Shown here piece by piece: positions 28,578-37,923 of a stretch of 45,633 bases of DNA. Position 1 is the stretch's first letter. Every line of letters begins with the position of its first letter. The position numbers and the translations under genes are program-made. Below the pieces are notes generated by a model, which made no database searches, was not told the origin of the DNA, and saw only the letters and a program-made list of their open reading frames with translations. Source of the DNA: a virus; UHGV virus genome UHGV-0361696. One strand, given 5' to 3'.

Positions 28578-28759
28578 CCAAAGCAATCTACACGCGCACT
28601 CAACTTGAACCAGAAATGGGCGCGGTGAAAGCGCAAAACTTCATGATGGCACAGGCAATGCATTCATACAGCAACGGTAAGCGCGTCTGTCGCGTTTTTA
28701 GTGGCGAAGGCAAGCATAGAGTGCTTGAACAGGTTATCGTGTCATCTGGTGGAAACTAA
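28559..28759 (+). CDS. hypothetical early protein (66 aa)
   Basis: ORF track. Overlaps its neighbour. Confidence 0.4.
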   Translation: MEYLRMTKAIYTRTQLEPEMGAVKAQNFMMAQAMHSYSNGKRVCRVFSGEGKHRVLEQVIVSSGGN

Positions 28760-28774
28760 ACCGGTTTAGCAGCG

Positions 28775-29053
28775 ATGAATAAATTACTTGCAGTGGTTTT
28801 ACTGGTTATCGCTAACGCAGCAATCGCTGAGACTATATGGGTTACGAAGTATGCATTGACCCGTGGCATTCAGAAGTACGAAAGCGCGCAGCTATTTGCT
28901 GATGGTCAGGTGGCTGTAGTTGGCGATGTTTACTTTAAACGTGGTGAATACTGGCTTGATGAGCAGCAGGCAAAAGAGCATGCAGAGACTTTGCGGCAAC
29001 GCCGTGTATCTGCACTGATGCGTGAGCTTGAGCGTTTACAGGCGGTTAAGTGA
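28775..29053 (+). CDS. secreted protein with signal peptide (92 aa)
   Basis: N-terminal MNKLLAVVLLVIANAAIA-ETIW resembles an SPase I signal peptide. Confidence 0.45.
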   Translation: MNKLLAVVLLVIANAAIAETIWVTKYALTRGIQKYESAQLFADGQVAVVGDVYFKRGEYWLDEQQAKEHAETLRQRRVSALMRELERLQAVK

Positions 29054-29059
29054 GGATTT

Positions 29060-29482
29060 ATGGATGTAGAAATTAACGAAGTTCAGGAAATTATTAAAAA
29101 TCTTGAGAGCGGTGGTGAACTCTCAATCAAAGAGGAAAAATACCTCAAAGTTGCAAAGCTATGCGCTCATCTGGCTGCGGAGAATGTGGCGCTGAAGGCT
29201 ACGAGTGATGACCGTCGCATGTTCATCATGAATGGGGTGCAGTTGGGTTATATCAAGGTACCAACAGTTGAAACAGACCCGGCCCTTGAAACCATTCGTA
29301 TTGCTGTATCTCCGCAAGAGCCAACCCCAGCCACCGATCGCATCGTAGCCTGGGTTAAGGCTGATGCCATTGATGAAGCCGCGGTAGAGCTCGACCGGGT
29401 CGATACTGTGGCAAGTACCAAAGTAATCGGGTTCAAACTCCGTGAGTTTGCCAAGCAGCTGCGCGAGGTGGACGGCAAATGA
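29060..29482 (+). CDS. hypothetical early protein (140 aa)
   Basis: ORF track. Confidence 0.45.
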   Translation: MDVEINEVQEIIKNLESGGELSIKEEKYLKVAKLCAHLAAENVALKATSDDRRMFIMNGVQLGYIKVPTVETDPALETIRIAVSPQEPTPATDRIVAWVKADAIDEAAVELDRVDTVASTKVIGFKLREFAKQLREVDGK

Positions 29483-29685
29483 GCAATCGCATCCCTAATT
29501 TCGGCTGGAACCGCCTGAAACTGGCAACGCTCACCTATGAGCAACTGGCTCAACTGGAAGAGCAAGTGAAGGCCGAGCATGCCTGCAAAAACGGCATTCA
29601 CCTCTTCGACAAAGCCGGTCAGCGCAAACTCGATGCCCTTAGCTGGGCCGTATACAACAAGCAGAAGGCGGAGCGTGCAGCATGA
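29479..29685 (+). CDS. hypothetical early protein (68 aa)
   Basis: ATGA-coupled. Confidence 0.4.
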   Translation: MSNRIPNFGWNRLKLATLTYEQLAQLEEQVKAEHACKNGIHLFDKAGQRKLDALSWAVYNKQKAERAA

Positions 29686-30086
29686 CAACTGATATCACCG
29701 AACTGGCGCTACTCGTCAGTAAAGCGAAAGCGTCTGTATTTACCCTGGAATATATCTCGCAGTTTGAGCCTGCTGATATCGACTCCGATGACGTTGATTT
29801 GCGGTTTGAGGTAGATGGCCGAGATACCGGCACCAACGTTTCTATCGTCGATGAGTGCGGGCAAGCTGCAAAGGTTATTGGCACGCTGGTAGAGGCGCTG
29901 GAGAAGGCGCAGCAGCAGATTACTCAGCTGGAGTCCCGCGCCGTGAAGCTGCCAGATATCAATGAGTACCTTGCAGAGGTTCACGATAAAACGCTAAATC
30001 GGGCCTTCCGGCTACTGGCTGAAGGTGTGCGTGCTGGTGATGTCGCTGCTATGCGCGCCGCTGGCATCAAGGTGGAGGCTGAGTGA
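29682..30086 (+). CDS. hypothetical early protein (134 aa)
   Basis: Coupled. Confidence 0.45.
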   Translation: MTTDITELALLVSKAKASVFTLEYISQFEPADIDSDDVDLRFEVDGRDTGTNVSIVDECGQAAKVIGTLVEALEKAQQQITQLESRAVKLPDINEYLAEVHDKTLNRAFRLLAEGVRAGDVAAMRAAGIKVEAE

Positions 30087-30466
30087 TGGCACTGACCAAA
30101 AAACAACGCACTGAACTGCGCATGAAGTTCGGCGGCCGCTGCGCTTACTGCGGCTGTGAGCTTGGCGATAAATGGCACGCTGACCACGTCGAAGCAGTAC
30201 GAAGGAATATCAGTAACGGCTACGCAATGGACAGACCAGAAAACGACACGGTCAGCAACATGGTTCCGGCATGCATACCCTGCAACCTGTTCAAAATGTG
30301 CAGCACGGTTGAGGATTTTCGTAATCGCATTGCAACTCAGGTTGATGTGACTCGCCGGGCATCGAGAAGCTACCGCACAGCGGAATCATTCGGCCTGGTT
30401 CAACCAACTAACGCGCCGGTAGTGTTCTGGCCCGAAAAGTATCAGGCAGAAGGGGTCAACCAATGA
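30083..30466 (+). CDS. small HNH endonuclease (127 aa)
   Basis: CAYCG...WHADHVEAV...N...PACIPCN matches the HNH zinc-finger nuclease signature. Confidence 0.7.
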   Translation: MMALTKKQRTELRMKFGGRCAYCGCELGDKWHADHVEAVRRNISNGYAMDRPENDTVSNMVPACIPCNLFKMCSTVEDFRNRIATQVDVTRRASRSYRTAESFGLVQPTNAPVVFWPEKYQAEGVNQ

Positions 30467-30900
30467 CCAGCAAATTAACCAGAGAGCAGCTGGAAGAATG
30501 GGTTGCACAATTTGATGAAGATGGCGGCTGTGATGCCACTGACCGGCAGTTAGAGGCTCTCATTCGTCAATCGCTGTCCGCAATGGACAGCGAGTCAGTG
30601 GGCACTCTCAGCGTTAGACACATGAGCTACAGCGGCAAGAAAATAGGCAATCAGTTTGGCTTCGTCCATAGCGATGCTGCGATGACGATTGCCGAGGGTG
30701 ATTACCCGCTCTATCGCCACGTGCAGCCAGCGTCGGTAGTTCCGCTGCCGGATGTGGTCAGCGTGTTGCTTAATCACCTTGAAGATGTGCTTCCGGATGA
30801 TGCTTTTAACTTAATCGACGTGAAGGCGTGGAATGCCGTGTCAATGCTGACATGCCCTGACGCTTGCCGCGCTGCCATGCTCAACGGAGGTAAGCCATGA
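30463..30900 (+). CDS. hypothetical protein (145 aa)
   Basis: Coupled ORF. Confidence 0.45.
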   Translation: MTSKLTREQLEEWVAQFDEDGGCDATDRQLEALIRQSLSAMDSESVGTLSVRHMSYSGKKIGNQFGFVHSDAAMTIAEGDYPLYRHVQPASVVPLPDVVSVLLNHLEDVLPDDAFNLIDVKAWNAVSMLTCPDACRAAMLNGGKP

Positions 30901-31307
30901 AACCCTACATCATCCGCAGGCTTATTGCTGTAGCGTGCGTTGCATTCTGGATTGTTGTTGCATTAGCCGCCTACTTTATCGTGAGGTGATTCATGCTGTG
31001 GAGCGACATTCAGGCTGCATGCGAAGAGGCTGATTTTCTTTATGAGGATACCGGAAAGCATCATGCCGTCATTCAGGTTGGCAGTATGATGATGGTGGTT
31101 GAGCATAACAGCATGCTTCGGCATATGTACTCAACGACGAGGTATCAGTGATGCCGCAAAAATCAAAGCAGGAGGTGTGGCAGAAGGCTCGGCTCGAAGG
31201 TGTTGACCACTTCATATCAGCAATAGCAAAAGCCTTCCCTGATGCTATTGAGGTGGTTCACGTTAAATCCCCACGCAATGATTTGTGGTGCAGGAGCGGT
31301 AAGTGTG

Positions 31308-31793
31308 ATGAAAAGAATAGACTGGAATGAGCTGTTTGAATACGACAACGGAAATCTGATATGGCGGGAGGATACTGGCCGCAAGGCAAGAAAAGGTGAG
31401 GTTGCAGGTCACTCAGGGACAAAAGGATATACGTCGATTTGGTGCTATGGACGAAAATACTTTGCGCATAGAATTATATGGGAAATGCATAATGGCCCTA
31501 TAACTGGCGGGCTGGAGATTGACCATATAAACCATAACCCTGGAGATAACAGGATTGAAAATCTCAGACTGACAAATAGGGGAGGGAATCTAAAAAACAA
31601 ATCTAAGTACTCCAGCAATAGTAGCGGAGTAACTGGCGTACACTGGAGGAAGGATAAGCGAAAGTGGCAAGCAAAAATAAGGGTTAACAAGAAGTTCATA
31701 CATCTTGGATATTTCAACGACATACTTGACGCGGAGCTGGCAAGAAAGAAAGCAGAAGAAGAGTATGGGTTTCACGATAATCATGGTGTATAA
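31308..31793 (+). CDS. HNH-AP2 homing endonuclease (paralogue 2 of 3)
   Basis: AHRIIWEMHNGPITGGLEIDHINHNPGDNRIENLR plus SGVTGVHWRKDKRKWQAKI. AT-rich. Overlaps the 3' end of the upstream 60-aa ORF. Followed by a terminator. Confidence 0.8.
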   Translation: MKRIDWNELFEYDNGNLIWREDTGRKARKGEVAGHSGTKGYTSIWCYGRKYFAHRIIWEMHNGPITGGLEIDHINHNPGDNRIENLRLTNRGGNLKNKSKYSSNSSGVTGVHWRKDKRKWQAKIRVNKKFIHLGYFNDILDAELARKKAEEEYGFHDNHGV

Positions 31794-31827
31794 TAGTTTC
31801 ATTGATCATCACCTCACCACCCTTTAA

Positions 31828-31853
31828 GCCAGCATCGCGCTGGCTTCTTTTTT
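31828..31853 (+). terminator. rho-independent terminator after the HNH gene
   Basis: GCCAGCATCGCGCTGGC followed by TTCTTTTTT. Confidence 0.55.
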
Positions 31854-31874
31854 ATCTACGCCATGTGGTAAGAT

Positions 31875-32351
31875 ATGTCCTATGTGAGTTACTCAAAGGA
31901 CACATATAAAATGGCAAATCCTAACCCTAAGCACAAATTTTCATCCAGCAATCAGCCTCCACCAAGAGGAAAAAGCTACAGAACAGTGCTTCTTGAAGCA
32001 TTACGAGCTGCAAATACACCGATGAATGAGATTGAATTCGTCACGTACTACATCAACAAGGCGATGACATGCGAAGACGCTCAGGCTACCGGAATGCTGC
32101 GTGAGATATTCCTGCGACTGAACCCAATTCCAAAGCCTGTAGCTCCCCCTGTTGAGTTTGATTTCCCTGCTGACGGTACGCCTGTGCAGAAGATGGATGC
32201 GATTATCAAGGGCGTCTCTACTGGCGTTGTTCCAGCCGATATTGGCAAGATGATGGCGGACATTCTGAAGGCAGGGCTTGATATCGAAGAGGTAACAGAG
32301 CTTGCGGCGCGCCTTGAGCGACTGGAGAAATTACTGGAGCAGCAACAGTAA
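31875..32351 (+). CDS. terminase small subunit (putative; true start likely 31911)
   Basis: Immediately upstream of terL. C-terminal coiled-coil LAARLERLEKLLEQQQ. An extended -10 promoter TGGTAAGAT at 31866-31874 implies the start is the downstream ATG. Confidence 0.45.
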   Translation: MSYVSYSKDTYKMANPNPKHKFSSSNQPPPRGKSYRTVLLEALRAANTPMNEIEFVTYYINKAMTCEDAQATGMLREIFLRLNPIPKPVAPPVEFDFPADGTPVQKMDAIIKGVSTGVVPADIGKMMADILKAGLDIEEVTELAARLERLEKLLEQQQ

Positions 32352-32450
32352 CTGATTTATAATAATCAATGCGGCTAGGGGGCACCCGAAAAGCGACTCA
32401 TCACCGCCTGCCGCATTCACTTCAATGATGCCCTGATGAGGAATCTATAT

Positions 32451-34970
32451 ATGGCACGCAAAAGACTCTCAGCACCAGCAATTGAAAAACTCGAAGAGAT
32501 TATTGGCGATGGCGTGATTGATGCGCCTGAATCTGCGGTGTTCGGTGTTGTTAATACAGATAAGCAGATTGTTCGCAAACTAAAAATGACGCAAAGCGGA
32601 GTTGATGACGTTAGCGACTCTGATATTGGCGTTGATCACCTGATACCAGAAAAGCTGGAAAAGCTACTTTACCCCAAGCGTAATAAGATTGTGTTTGGCG
32701 GGCGCGGATGCTTAGCCATCGGCACGATGGTGAGGATGTTTGATGGTAGCCTAAAACGCGTAGAGGATATCGTTGTTGGCGATAAGGTTATGGGTCCAGA
32801 CAGTAAACCACGAAATGTTTTAAACATCTGTCGGGGGTTTGATGACATGTATACGGTTCATCAAAAATATGCTGATGACTACACTGTCAACTCAAGTCAC
32901 ATACTGTCATTACGAAAGATTCCATCGGCTATCAGTGACGAGACAAAAACACCGGATGGTAAAAGAATTTATCGTTATTACCCGAATGAACCTGAAATAC
33001 TGAATATTGGTGTTTCAGAATATTTGTCGCGCGCAACTTCCAAAAAGTTCCGCCATGTCTTTAAAGGGTGGCGAACAGGATGGGATTTTAATGACCAAAG
33101 CGTCCCAGTTGACCCGTACTTTCTTGGTTTATGGTTAGGTGATGGTTCATCTCGTGGTGTTGAAGTGTGCACGCCTGATCCAGAGATAGTTGACTACATT
33201 CACAACGTGGCAAGCCAATACGGGATGCAGGTAAAGGTTCGCGACGATGATAGATGCCCTGTCTATGCGATAACTAATGGTCGAGCTGCTGGCATGGGGA
33301 AGAACACCAACCCGTTACTAACTAAAATGCAGCAGCTTGGGGTGATTAATAATAAACACATACCTGACTGCTATATCAAAAACAGCAGAGAGGTAAGACT
33401 TCAGATTCTGGCTGGGCTATTGGATACTGATTCGCATTATGACCAGAAAAAGAAAAGCTATTCTTTCACATCAATAAATAAAGAAATGGCCTTCTCTTTG
33501 ATGGATGTGGCAAGATCGCTTGGCTTCAAGTCAAGCATAATCAAAAAGACTGATGTCACCTTTGAATATAAAGGTGAGAAAAGAATATACGAAAAGGACG
33601 TATGGGAGGTGTTCGTTAGCGGGGACATTCACACAATCCCATGCCGAGTAAAAAGAAAGATAGCAGAGAAAACCAAGTCAACACGAGGAAAGATGACTGA
33701 GGTGTCATTGTCTTATGCCGGGCATGGTGAATACGCTGGGTTCACTCTTGATGGCGATCATCTTTTCTTGCTTGCTGATGGCACGGTTACACACAACAGC
33801 GGAAAAACAAGGACAGTAACAACGATACTTACGGAGCGTGCACGCTTTAAGCCTGACAGGATAGCTTGTTTTCGTGAGATTCAGCAGTCCATTGAAGATA
33901 GCTCATATCAGGAACTGAAGGACGAAATTGATCGCAAGGGAGAAACGAAAGAGTTTCGCGTCATCAATAATGAGATAACCCACAAAGGCACGAAGGCAAA
34001 ATTCAGATTTAAGGGGCTGTATCGCAACCAGACGACCGTTAAAGGCTTCGCTGGCATTACAGTAGCTTGGGTCGAGGAGGCGGAAAACGTCAGCCAGACA
34101 AGCTGGGAAATCCTCACCCCAACAGTCCGCGCTGAAGGGTCAGAGATATGGGTGACTTTCAACCCAAATAAAGAGCATGACCCGACGTGGAAAATATGGG
34201 TTGAGCCTTTTTATAATAAATTGCGCGAAAATGGCGGCATCTATGAGGATGATGAAAACCTGATTATCGAGTGTAATTACTCAGACAATCCGTGGTTCTG
34301 GGATACTCCCCTACCCAGCCAAATGCAACGCATGAAAGAGACCGACTTCGACCGCTATCAATGGGTGTGGGGCGGTCGCTTTAACAAGCGTAATGATGAG
34401 CAGGTATTTGGCGGTAAGTGGCGCGTTGCTGATTTCGAGGTTAAGCCGGAATGGCATGGGCCTTACTTTGGCATCGACTTTGGATTCTCGCAGGACGCAA
34501 CGGCGATGGTTGAGGTTTACATTGAGAAACTTCCTGATGACCGCCGCAACCTTTACGTCGCGCGCGAATACGGCCGTGTAGGCCTTGAGATTACCGACAC
34601 ACCTACAGCGATGGAGCAATCATTCCCACTCTCCAGGAAGGCAAGATGGTATGGGGACTGCTCTCGGCCAGAAACAATCAGTCACATCAAACGCGCAGGA
34701 TTTGATATCCATCCATGCAATAAGTGGCCCGGGAGCGTGGAGGAGGGTGTAACCTGGCTCAGGGGTTGCGACAGCATCATCATTCATGACCGCTGCACAC
34801 AGACTCAGGAAGAGTTCACTATGTACAGTTACAAGGTGGACAAGCTGACGGGTAACGTGCTCACAAATATTGTGGATGCGTGGAACCACTTCATTGACGC
34901 AATAAGATATGCATGCAACGATCACATCGTACAGCGTGGCTCTGGATGGATTAGAAGGAGCAGGAGATGA
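32451..34970 (+). CDS. terL: terminase large subunit interrupted by an intein
   Basis: Extein Walker A reconstitutes as GGRG|SGKT once residues C92-N454 are removed. Terminase nuclease-like C-terminal half. RBS GAGG 9 nt upstream of the ATG at 32451. Confidence 0.85.
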   Translation: MARKRLSAPAIEKLEEIIGDGVIDAPESAVFGVVNTDKQIVRKLKMTQSGVDDVSDSDIGVDHLIPEKLEKLLYPKRNKIVFGGRGCLAIGTMVRMFDGSLKRVEDIVVGDKVMGPDSKPRNVLNICRGFDDMYTVHQKYADDYTVNSSHILSLRKIPSAISDETKTPDGKRIYRYYPNEPEILNIGVSEYLSRATSKKFRHVFKGWRTGWDFNDQSVPVDPYFLGLWLGDGSSRGVEVCTPDPEIVDYIHNVASQYGMQVKVRDDDRCPVYAITNGRAAGMGKNTNPLLTKMQQLGVINNKHIPDCYIKNSREVRLQILAGLLDTDSHYDQKKKSYSFTSINKEMAFSLMDVARSLGFKSSIIKKTDVTFEYKGEKRIYEKDVWEVFVSGDIHTIPCRVKRKIAEKTKSTRGKMTEVSLSYAGHGEYAGFTLDGDHLFLLADGTVTHNSGKTRTVTTILTERARFKPDRIACFREIQQSIEDSSYQELKDEIDRKGETKEFRVINNEITHKGTKAKFRFKGLYRNQTTVKGFAGITVAWVEEAENVSQTSWEILTPTVRAEGSEIWVTFNPNKEHDPTWKIWVEPFYNKLRENGGIYEDDENLIIECNYSDNPWFWDTPLPSQMQRMKETDFDRYQWVWGGRFNKRNDEQVFGGKWRVADFEVKPEWHGPYFGIDFGFSQDATAMVEVYIEKLPDDRRNLYVAREYGRVGLEITDTPTAMEQSFPLSRKARWYGDCSRPETISHIKRAGFDIHPCNKWPGSVEEGVTWLRGCDSIIIHDRCTQTQEEFTMYSYKVDKLTGNVLTNIVDAWNHFIDAIRYACNDHIVQRGSGWIRRSRR
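32709..33797 (+). mobile_element. intein (363 aa) with LAGLIDADG homing endonuclease domain, inserted in the terL P-loop
   Basis: Begins with Cys (CLAIGTMV), ends with THN followed by Ser. Two LAGLIDADG motifs (LGLWLGDG and ILAGLLDTDS). The interior is AT-rich. Confidence 0.8.
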
Positions 34971-34990
34971 GATGAGACCCCAGCAGGGGT

Positions 34991-35281
34991 CTATTTATAA
35001 AGCCAGCAATGAATCCCCGCGTTGCGCATGGCGGCATAAATCACGTCATTAGACACGACCGCAATCGCCACCCTTTCTGCATCAATCTGCTGGTGCGAAG
35101 CCATGATGTCATCATAGAATACATCGTTAGCATGCAGCCATTCATACGCATGCTTTGCCCTCATGATAAGCACGTCATGCCCGGCAGAGTAGAGCGACTT
35201 AGCCAGCGCAACGTTGCCAGCAATGGCATTACCCTCAGCATCGCGCAGCACGCCATCAAGCTCGAAAATGACACATTTCAT
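34991..35281 (-). CDS. hypothetical protein with HAD-like motif I (96 aa), minus-strand moron
   Basis: N-terminal FELDGVL. Own promoter TTGACG-17-TAGATT at 35308-35336 on the minus strand. Confidence 0.4.
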   Translation of the reverse strand: MKCVIFELDGVLRDAEGNAIAGNVALAKSLYSAGHDVLIMRAKHAYEWLHANDVFYDDIMASHQQIDAERVAIAVVSNDVIYAAMRNAGIHCWLYK

Positions 35282-35307
35282 AAGATTTCTCCGAGAGGTT
35301 TCATTTT

Positions 35308-35337
35308 AATCTACGCCATGCTAGAATCTACGTCAAG
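35308..35337. promoter_or_regulatory. divergent promoter pair built on two copies of the AATCTACG(Y)CA motif
   Basis: Plus strand has AATCTACGCCA followed by TGCTAGAAT (extended -10). Minus strand has TTGACG-17-TAGATT. Confidence 0.45.
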
Positions 35338-35369
35338 GCGCATTGACATAACTACATCACCGGGGCATC

Positions 35370-35609
35370 ATGAAGGCATACTCATCTTTTTCGTGGGAGC
35401 AGAAGGAAAAAATATATTCACTCGCAAGAGCTGGTGTATCAGATGCAGCTCTGTGCGAAAGGTACGATGTGGATGAGGCTATCCTGCTGCGCATGTATGA
35501 TGAAGTGCTGTGTGAGTTGCAGCGGCGCCGTGGTTATAGTGGCCTGAAGACGATTAATGATTTCTTTCGGAATGTTGAGCTAAATAACGATGAGGGTGGT
35601 GATTTATGA
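35370..35609 (+). CDS. hypothetical protein (79 aa)
   Basis: ORF track. Confidence 0.4.
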   Translation: MKAYSSFSWEQKEKIYSLARAGVSDAALCERYDVDEAILLRMYDEVLCELQRRRGYSGLKTINDFFRNVELNNDEGGDL

Positions 35610-35761
35610 TTATTGAAGAAACAGAAAACGCATATGACATGCACGTAACTGAGCAAGAGCTTGATGATGGAACTCCTGTCGTGGAGTTGTATCAAGTGAA
35701 TGGCTCCGGTGTCGAGTCATTTATTGGCATCGACAAACACCAGGCCGCGCAGCTTATCTAA
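35606..35761 (+). CDS. hypothetical acidic protein (51 aa)
   Basis: RBS GAGGGTGGTGA-ATG. Hand-translated. Coupled to the previous ORF. Confidence 0.3.
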   Translation: MIIEETENAYDMHVTEQELDDGTPVVELYQVNGSGVESFIGIDKHQAAQLI

Positions 35762-35796
35762 GTCCTGCAACGCTGGATTGATGGCGAGGAGATTGA

Positions 35797-36018
35797 GTGA
35801 TGAAAGCCGTCAAAACAATCCTGTTCTGCATCATCAATCCGCACCTGATTGTGATGCTGGTATTCGCTGCCATGCTTCTTGGAGCAAGGAAGTCACTTTA
35901 TTATCTTTCCGGCAAGCTGAATGATGCTGCACGTTACATTCAGAGTGTTGACTATAAACTCGCTGCGAAGTCGCACCCAGCATGGTTCAGATCGCTGGTT
36001 GATGATGAGGTGAAGTGA
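35797..36018 (+). CDS. small membrane protein (73 aa)
   Basis: One clear hydrophobic helix (ILFCIINPHLIVMLVFAAMLL). Confidence 0.4.
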   Translation: MMKAVKTILFCIINPHLIVMLVFAAMLLGARKSLYYLSGKLNDAARYIQSVDYKLAAKSHPAWFRSLVDDEVK

Positions 36019-36200
36019 TGTCGTATTTATTCCTGATATTCGTAATCACAAGCAACACGTCCAATATGCAGGTGGTGCCGATGCAAAGCATGGAGCAGTG
36101 CAGGGCGGCCATTACGGCAATGAAAATCGCTGAGGAAAAGCGGACGTGGCATGATGTAAGTCCAAATGTTGACAATTTGCAATGCGTTGAGGTGAAGTGA
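36015..36200 (+). CDS. small membrane/secreted protein (61 aa)
   Basis: N-terminal hydrophobic segment. Coupled. Confidence 0.35.
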   Translation: MMSYLFLIFVITSNTSNMQVVPMQSMEQCRAAITAMKIAEEKRTWHDVSPNVDNLQCVEVK

Positions 36201-36397
36201 TGACAAGAAAACAGATTCATGATGTTGAGGTTGGTTGCAGGAAGTGGATTGAGGAGATATGGTTTAAGCCTGGATTCAGTGGAAAGCGCTATAAATTGTA
36301 CGCCAAATGTCGCGGTTTGGTTCTTGGGGATAGAATAGAGCTTGCTATATTCCATAACAATGACCAGGCTCTTCAAGAGAGAGCCTTTGGTGACTGA
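36197..36397 (+). CDS. hypothetical protein (66 aa)
   Basis: Coupled. Followed by a terminator. Confidence 0.35.
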   Translation: MMTRKQIHDVEVGCRKWIEEIWFKPGFSGKRYKLYAKCRGLVLGDRIELAIFHNNDQALQERAFGD

Positions 36398-36432
36398 TAC
36401 CATGCTATAATCCCATCCATGCGATGGGATTT
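36398..36432 (+). terminator. rho-independent terminator
   Basis: ATCCCATCCATGCGATGGGAT followed by TTTTT. Confidence 0.55.
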
Positions 36433-36446
36433 TTTATGGTGACGAA

Positions 36447-37895
36447 ATGTCAAAGTTAGAGGCGGTAAACGCCTATATTCAGCAGCGAGTGGCGAACAAT
36501 AACAGACTCATAGAGCGGCAGCGCCGGGAGTTTGGCGGTAAGAACATCGACCACAAACACGATCGTCTTTGGGTCGAATGTGGCTATCCTGAAGAAATCA
36601 CCGCCGAGATGTTCCGCTATGCTTACGAGCGCTATGCACCGGCAACTGCTGGCGTCAATCGCGTACTCGATAAGTGCTGGCAGACTCCGCCGCAAATCCT
36701 CGAAGAAGGCGCCGATGATAAAGCAAGCACCCCGTGGGAGAAGGCCGCCAACAAGCTGTTTAAGCGCGCTGCGCCGTTCATTAAGGATGCAGACCGCCGC
36801 AACCTCATCAACCGCTATTCCGGTCTCATCCTGCAAATCCGTGATGGAAAACAGTGGAATGAGCCTGTAGACACCACAAAAACAAGACGCATCAAGGATG
36901 CTGCCATTGTCCGTTACATTCCGGCATGGGAAGAGCAGCTTCGCGTTAGTGAGTGGGAAAATGATGAAGCCAGCGAGGACTATGGTCAACCGAAGATGTA
37001 CGAATATCAGGAGTCGGTAGTCGGCGCCTGCAACAGCGACGGCAAACCAACGCGCTCACTGAGCATTCATCCCGATCGCATTATCGTATTTGCCGAGGGC
37101 GCGATGGATGGCTCTATTTATTCCGGCGTTCCGCTTCTGCGTGCCGGATATAACCACCTCATCGACATGGCGAAAGTCACCGGCTCAAGCGCCGAGGGCT
37201 TCCTGAAAAATGCCAGTCGGCAGCTCAACGTTAATTATAATAAAGACAGCGTTTCCACTCAGTCTCTGGCTCAGCAAATGGGCGTGCCGCTGGAAGAACT
37301 GGCTGATGTGCTCAATGAGGATGTAGCGCGTCTGAATGAGGCAATTGACGCGGCGATGTTCACGATGGGCGCTGATGTCAAAGTGCTCTCGGTGACGCCA
37401 GCCGACCCAGAGCCAACGTGGACTATTGCAGCTAACCAGTTTGCAGCATCCATCAAGAAGCCATTCACCATCCTGTTTGGTCAGCAAACTGGCCGCCTTG
37501 CATCCGATGAAGATAAAACCGACGACGCCATGAGCGCCAAACAGCGCCGTGAGGACTGGCTGGACTACATCATCTCGGTATTCATTGACCGGATGATTTC
37601 CTTTGGCATTCTGGACAAGGCGCCAGAGAGCGGTTATTACTGCAAATGGGATGACCTGCTTGCACCTTCCGAGCTGAACAAGGCCGAGCTGCTGGTTAAG
37701 CTGGCCACTGCAAACAAATCCGTATTCGACGCAGGCCAGATGGCCCTGATGACCGCTGATGAGATGCGTGGCATTGTTGGTATGGAGCCTCTGGAAGAGC
37801 AGCTTCCTGAAGGATTGCAGGAAGGTCAGCAGCAGGACCGGCAATCGCAGCAGGACCAACAGCAGGGCCAAACCGATGCGCCTCCTCAAAATTAA
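36447..37895 (+). CDS. portal protein
   Basis: 482 aa with an acidic, Gln-rich C-terminus. Lies between the terminase and head morphogenesis genes. Confidence 0.65.
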   Translation: MSKLEAVNAYIQQRVANNNRLIERQRREFGGKNIDHKHDRLWVECGYPEEITAEMFRYAYERYAPATAGVNRVLDKCWQTPPQILEEGADDKASTPWEKAANKLFKRAAPFIKDADRRNLINRYSGLILQIRDGKQWNEPVDTTKTRRIKDAAIVRYIPAWEEQLRVSEWENDEASEDYGQPKMYEYQESVVGACNSDGKPTRSLSIHPDRIIVFAEGAMDGSIYSGVPLLRAGYNHLIDMAKVTGSSAEGFLKNASRQLNVNYNKDSVSTQSLAQQMGVPLEELADVLNEDVARLNEAIDAAMFTMGADVKVLSVTPADPEPTWTIAANQFAASIKKPFTILFGQQTGRLASDEDKTDDAMSAKQRREDWLDYIISVFIDRMISFGILDKAPESGYYCKWDDLLAPSELNKAELLVKLATANKSVFDAGQMALMTADEMRGIVGMEPLEEQLPEGLQEGQQQDRQSQQDQQQGQTDAPPQN

Positions 37896-37923
37896 TGCCC
37901 GGCTTCCGCAGCCAAAATTAAGC

